Below are positions 62,717-64,000 of a DNA stretch of 64,000 nucleotides, in pieces. The translations under genes and the position numbers were made by a program. The number at the start of each line of letters is the position of its first letter. Within the stretch, counting starts at the first letter, position 1. The notes under the pieces are model-generated. The model was not told the DNA's origin, did not search any database, and saw nothing but the letters and a program-made list of their open reading frames with translations. Source of the stretch: an uncultured Bacteroidales bacterium (lineage in GTDB: Bacteria; Bacteroidota; Bacteroidia; Bacteroidales; UBA11471); NCBI GenBank assembly GCA_947625885.1, contig CANQQA010000007.1, positions 26,555-90,554 on the forward strand. The letters are read 5' to 3'.

Positions 62717-63175
62717 GCTGTAAAACGGCTAATTATCCGTTATCCGGTCTGTTGAAGAGATGAACATGACGGTTGAAATTCAAGGGCGTGAACTTGGAAT
62801 TATTTTGAATTTTAATAATAATTAATATGAAGAATTAGTATTATTATTGGATTAAAATAGCCTTGAAAACAGCTATTTCCATTGCATGTGATTTTTATTT
62901 GGATTCCTTAACAGGGATCGTTATTAAAAACTGTGCAAAAAGGCTAATAGATTGGGTATTTAACCGCTATTTTAATGTTTAAAATTAAAATAGCATACGT
63001 CTAATAATAACGAGCATTTAATAAAGCAATGATTCGCGCTATTTGCTGAAAAAAGTGTATCCAAATCAAAGACGATGTGCTTTTTTATGAGGTATTTCCG
63101 AGCGGAAAATACGTCGGGAATACCTCTTTATATATTGAAACCGGTTGCCGCGGGGGGGGGGACCGGCGGGGGATG

Positions 63176-63562
63176 TCAGAGCCGGCTTTTTACCCACTGC
63201 CGCAGGGCGCTTGTGCGGGTGAGCAGCTCTTTGCAGTAGTTCGGGGTAAGCGCTTTTATAAGACGTTCTCGGTCAGAAGGGTTGAGAACGACCCTATTCA
63301 ACGGTTCGAGTTCGTCGATGAAATCGATCTGGTCTTCCGAAAATTCGATGATAATACCCGTCTCGCCGGCAAGCTGACCCAAGTGGCGGACCTCCGAAAG
63401 CGGTTCTTCCAGCACATTGCACCAATAGGCTTTCAGTATCGCCTCGATGGTGCGGTGGCACATCAGCCCGATATACATATATCGCTGCGCCGAAAACAAG
63501 GCGCGCGCCGTATCGAAATCATAATCCGACAACTCCACCCAACCGACAGCTTTTTCTCTCAT
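63176..63562 (-). CDS. HEPN domain protein (divergent)
   Basis: W..LSDYDFDTA..L....RY.Y..LMCH..IE..LKA pattern; own -7 box TATATTTG at 63586-63593. Confidence 0.8.
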   Translation of the reverse strand: MREKAVGWVELSDYDFDTARALFSAQRYMYIGLMCHRTIEAILKAYWCNVLEEPLSEVRHLGQLAGETGIIIEFSEDQIDFIDELEPLNRVVLNPSDRERLIKALTPNYCKELLTRTSALRQWVKSRL

Positions 63563-63630
63563 AACTCTTTCCCGTTTTGTTTCTGCAAATATAAACAATT
63601 CTATTGATTAACAAACTTTGATATCACCCG

Positions 63631-63951
63631 TTATTTCTTTTTAGACGCTCTTTCGCGCGGTACCATATTCATATCCTGCAAAGCCCTACCGAGTGCATCG
63701 TCTTTTGCCAAAGAGAGAATATCATCATCGAGTTGCAGCGCATACAGCACCCGCAGATAGATACCGATAGCAACTGTCGGGGCGCCTTTCTCTATGCGCG
63801 AAACCGTGAGCGGCGAACAGGTGGCTCGCTCTGCCACCTGCGCGATACTCAAATTACGACGCAACCGGGCAAACTTTATTTGCTCGCCAACAACCTGCAT
63901 TTTCTGCTCCAATTTTCGTGGTAACTTAGTACCCATCGTACCCTTTGTCAT
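63631..63951 (-). CDS. XRE-family HTH regulator (HipB-like antitoxin)
   Basis: GEQIKFARLRRNLSIAQVAERA..S..TVSRIEKG; -7 box TATCTTTG at 63976-63983. Confidence 0.88.
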   Translation of the reverse strand: MTKGTMGTKLPRKLEQKMQVVGEQIKFARLRRNLSIAQVAERATCSPLTVSRIEKGAPTVAIGIYLRVLYALQLDDDILSLAKDDALGRALQDMNMVPRERASKKK

Positions 63952-64000
63952 AATCGTAACATATCATATAATATGCAAAGATAGCACTTTTTCTATATTA

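Noticed and set aside
63152-63161. G10 homopolymer as a phase-variation tract
   Set aside because: It lies just downstream of the HEPN stop, outside any credible CDS or promoter spacer
1-64000. tRNA, rRNA, CRISPR array, IS or prophage
   Set aside because: No cloverleaf, regularly spaced repeats, transposase or phage structural genes seen

Overview
Chromosomal window of a Bacteroidales bacterium (many TAnnTTTG -7 promoter boxes, Bacteroidales-type gene orders). It is mostly housekeeping: serC-serA-DUF1015, pyk/aroQ/xerD, an iron/B12-type ABC transporter, ribH, recF, a putative glycine-lipid acyltransferase pair, a dcw cluster (rsmH to ftsZ, with no mraZ), serS, greA, pnp, dapB-lepB, rnc-fabF-acpP, pdxB, LPS genes and ruvB. 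Three AT-rich accessory patches interrupt it: Bro-Fic plus an exported PS-decarboxylase-like gene (12.3-15.0 kb), an orphan lipoprotein (38.3-39.3 kb), and a 98-aa ORF, an LRR/T9SS protein and toxin-antitoxin remnants (59.7-64 kb). The most notable observation is two copies, 20 kb apart, of an unannotated long structured 5' leader (39117-39275 on -, 59801-60055 on +). They share loop motifs, have different but still paired stems, show G-U pairs on the sense strand and keep an alternative pairing (AGCGTGGG with CYYACGYT). Each lies between a promoter box and an accessory gene. All annotation was by eye; no searches or folding programs were run.
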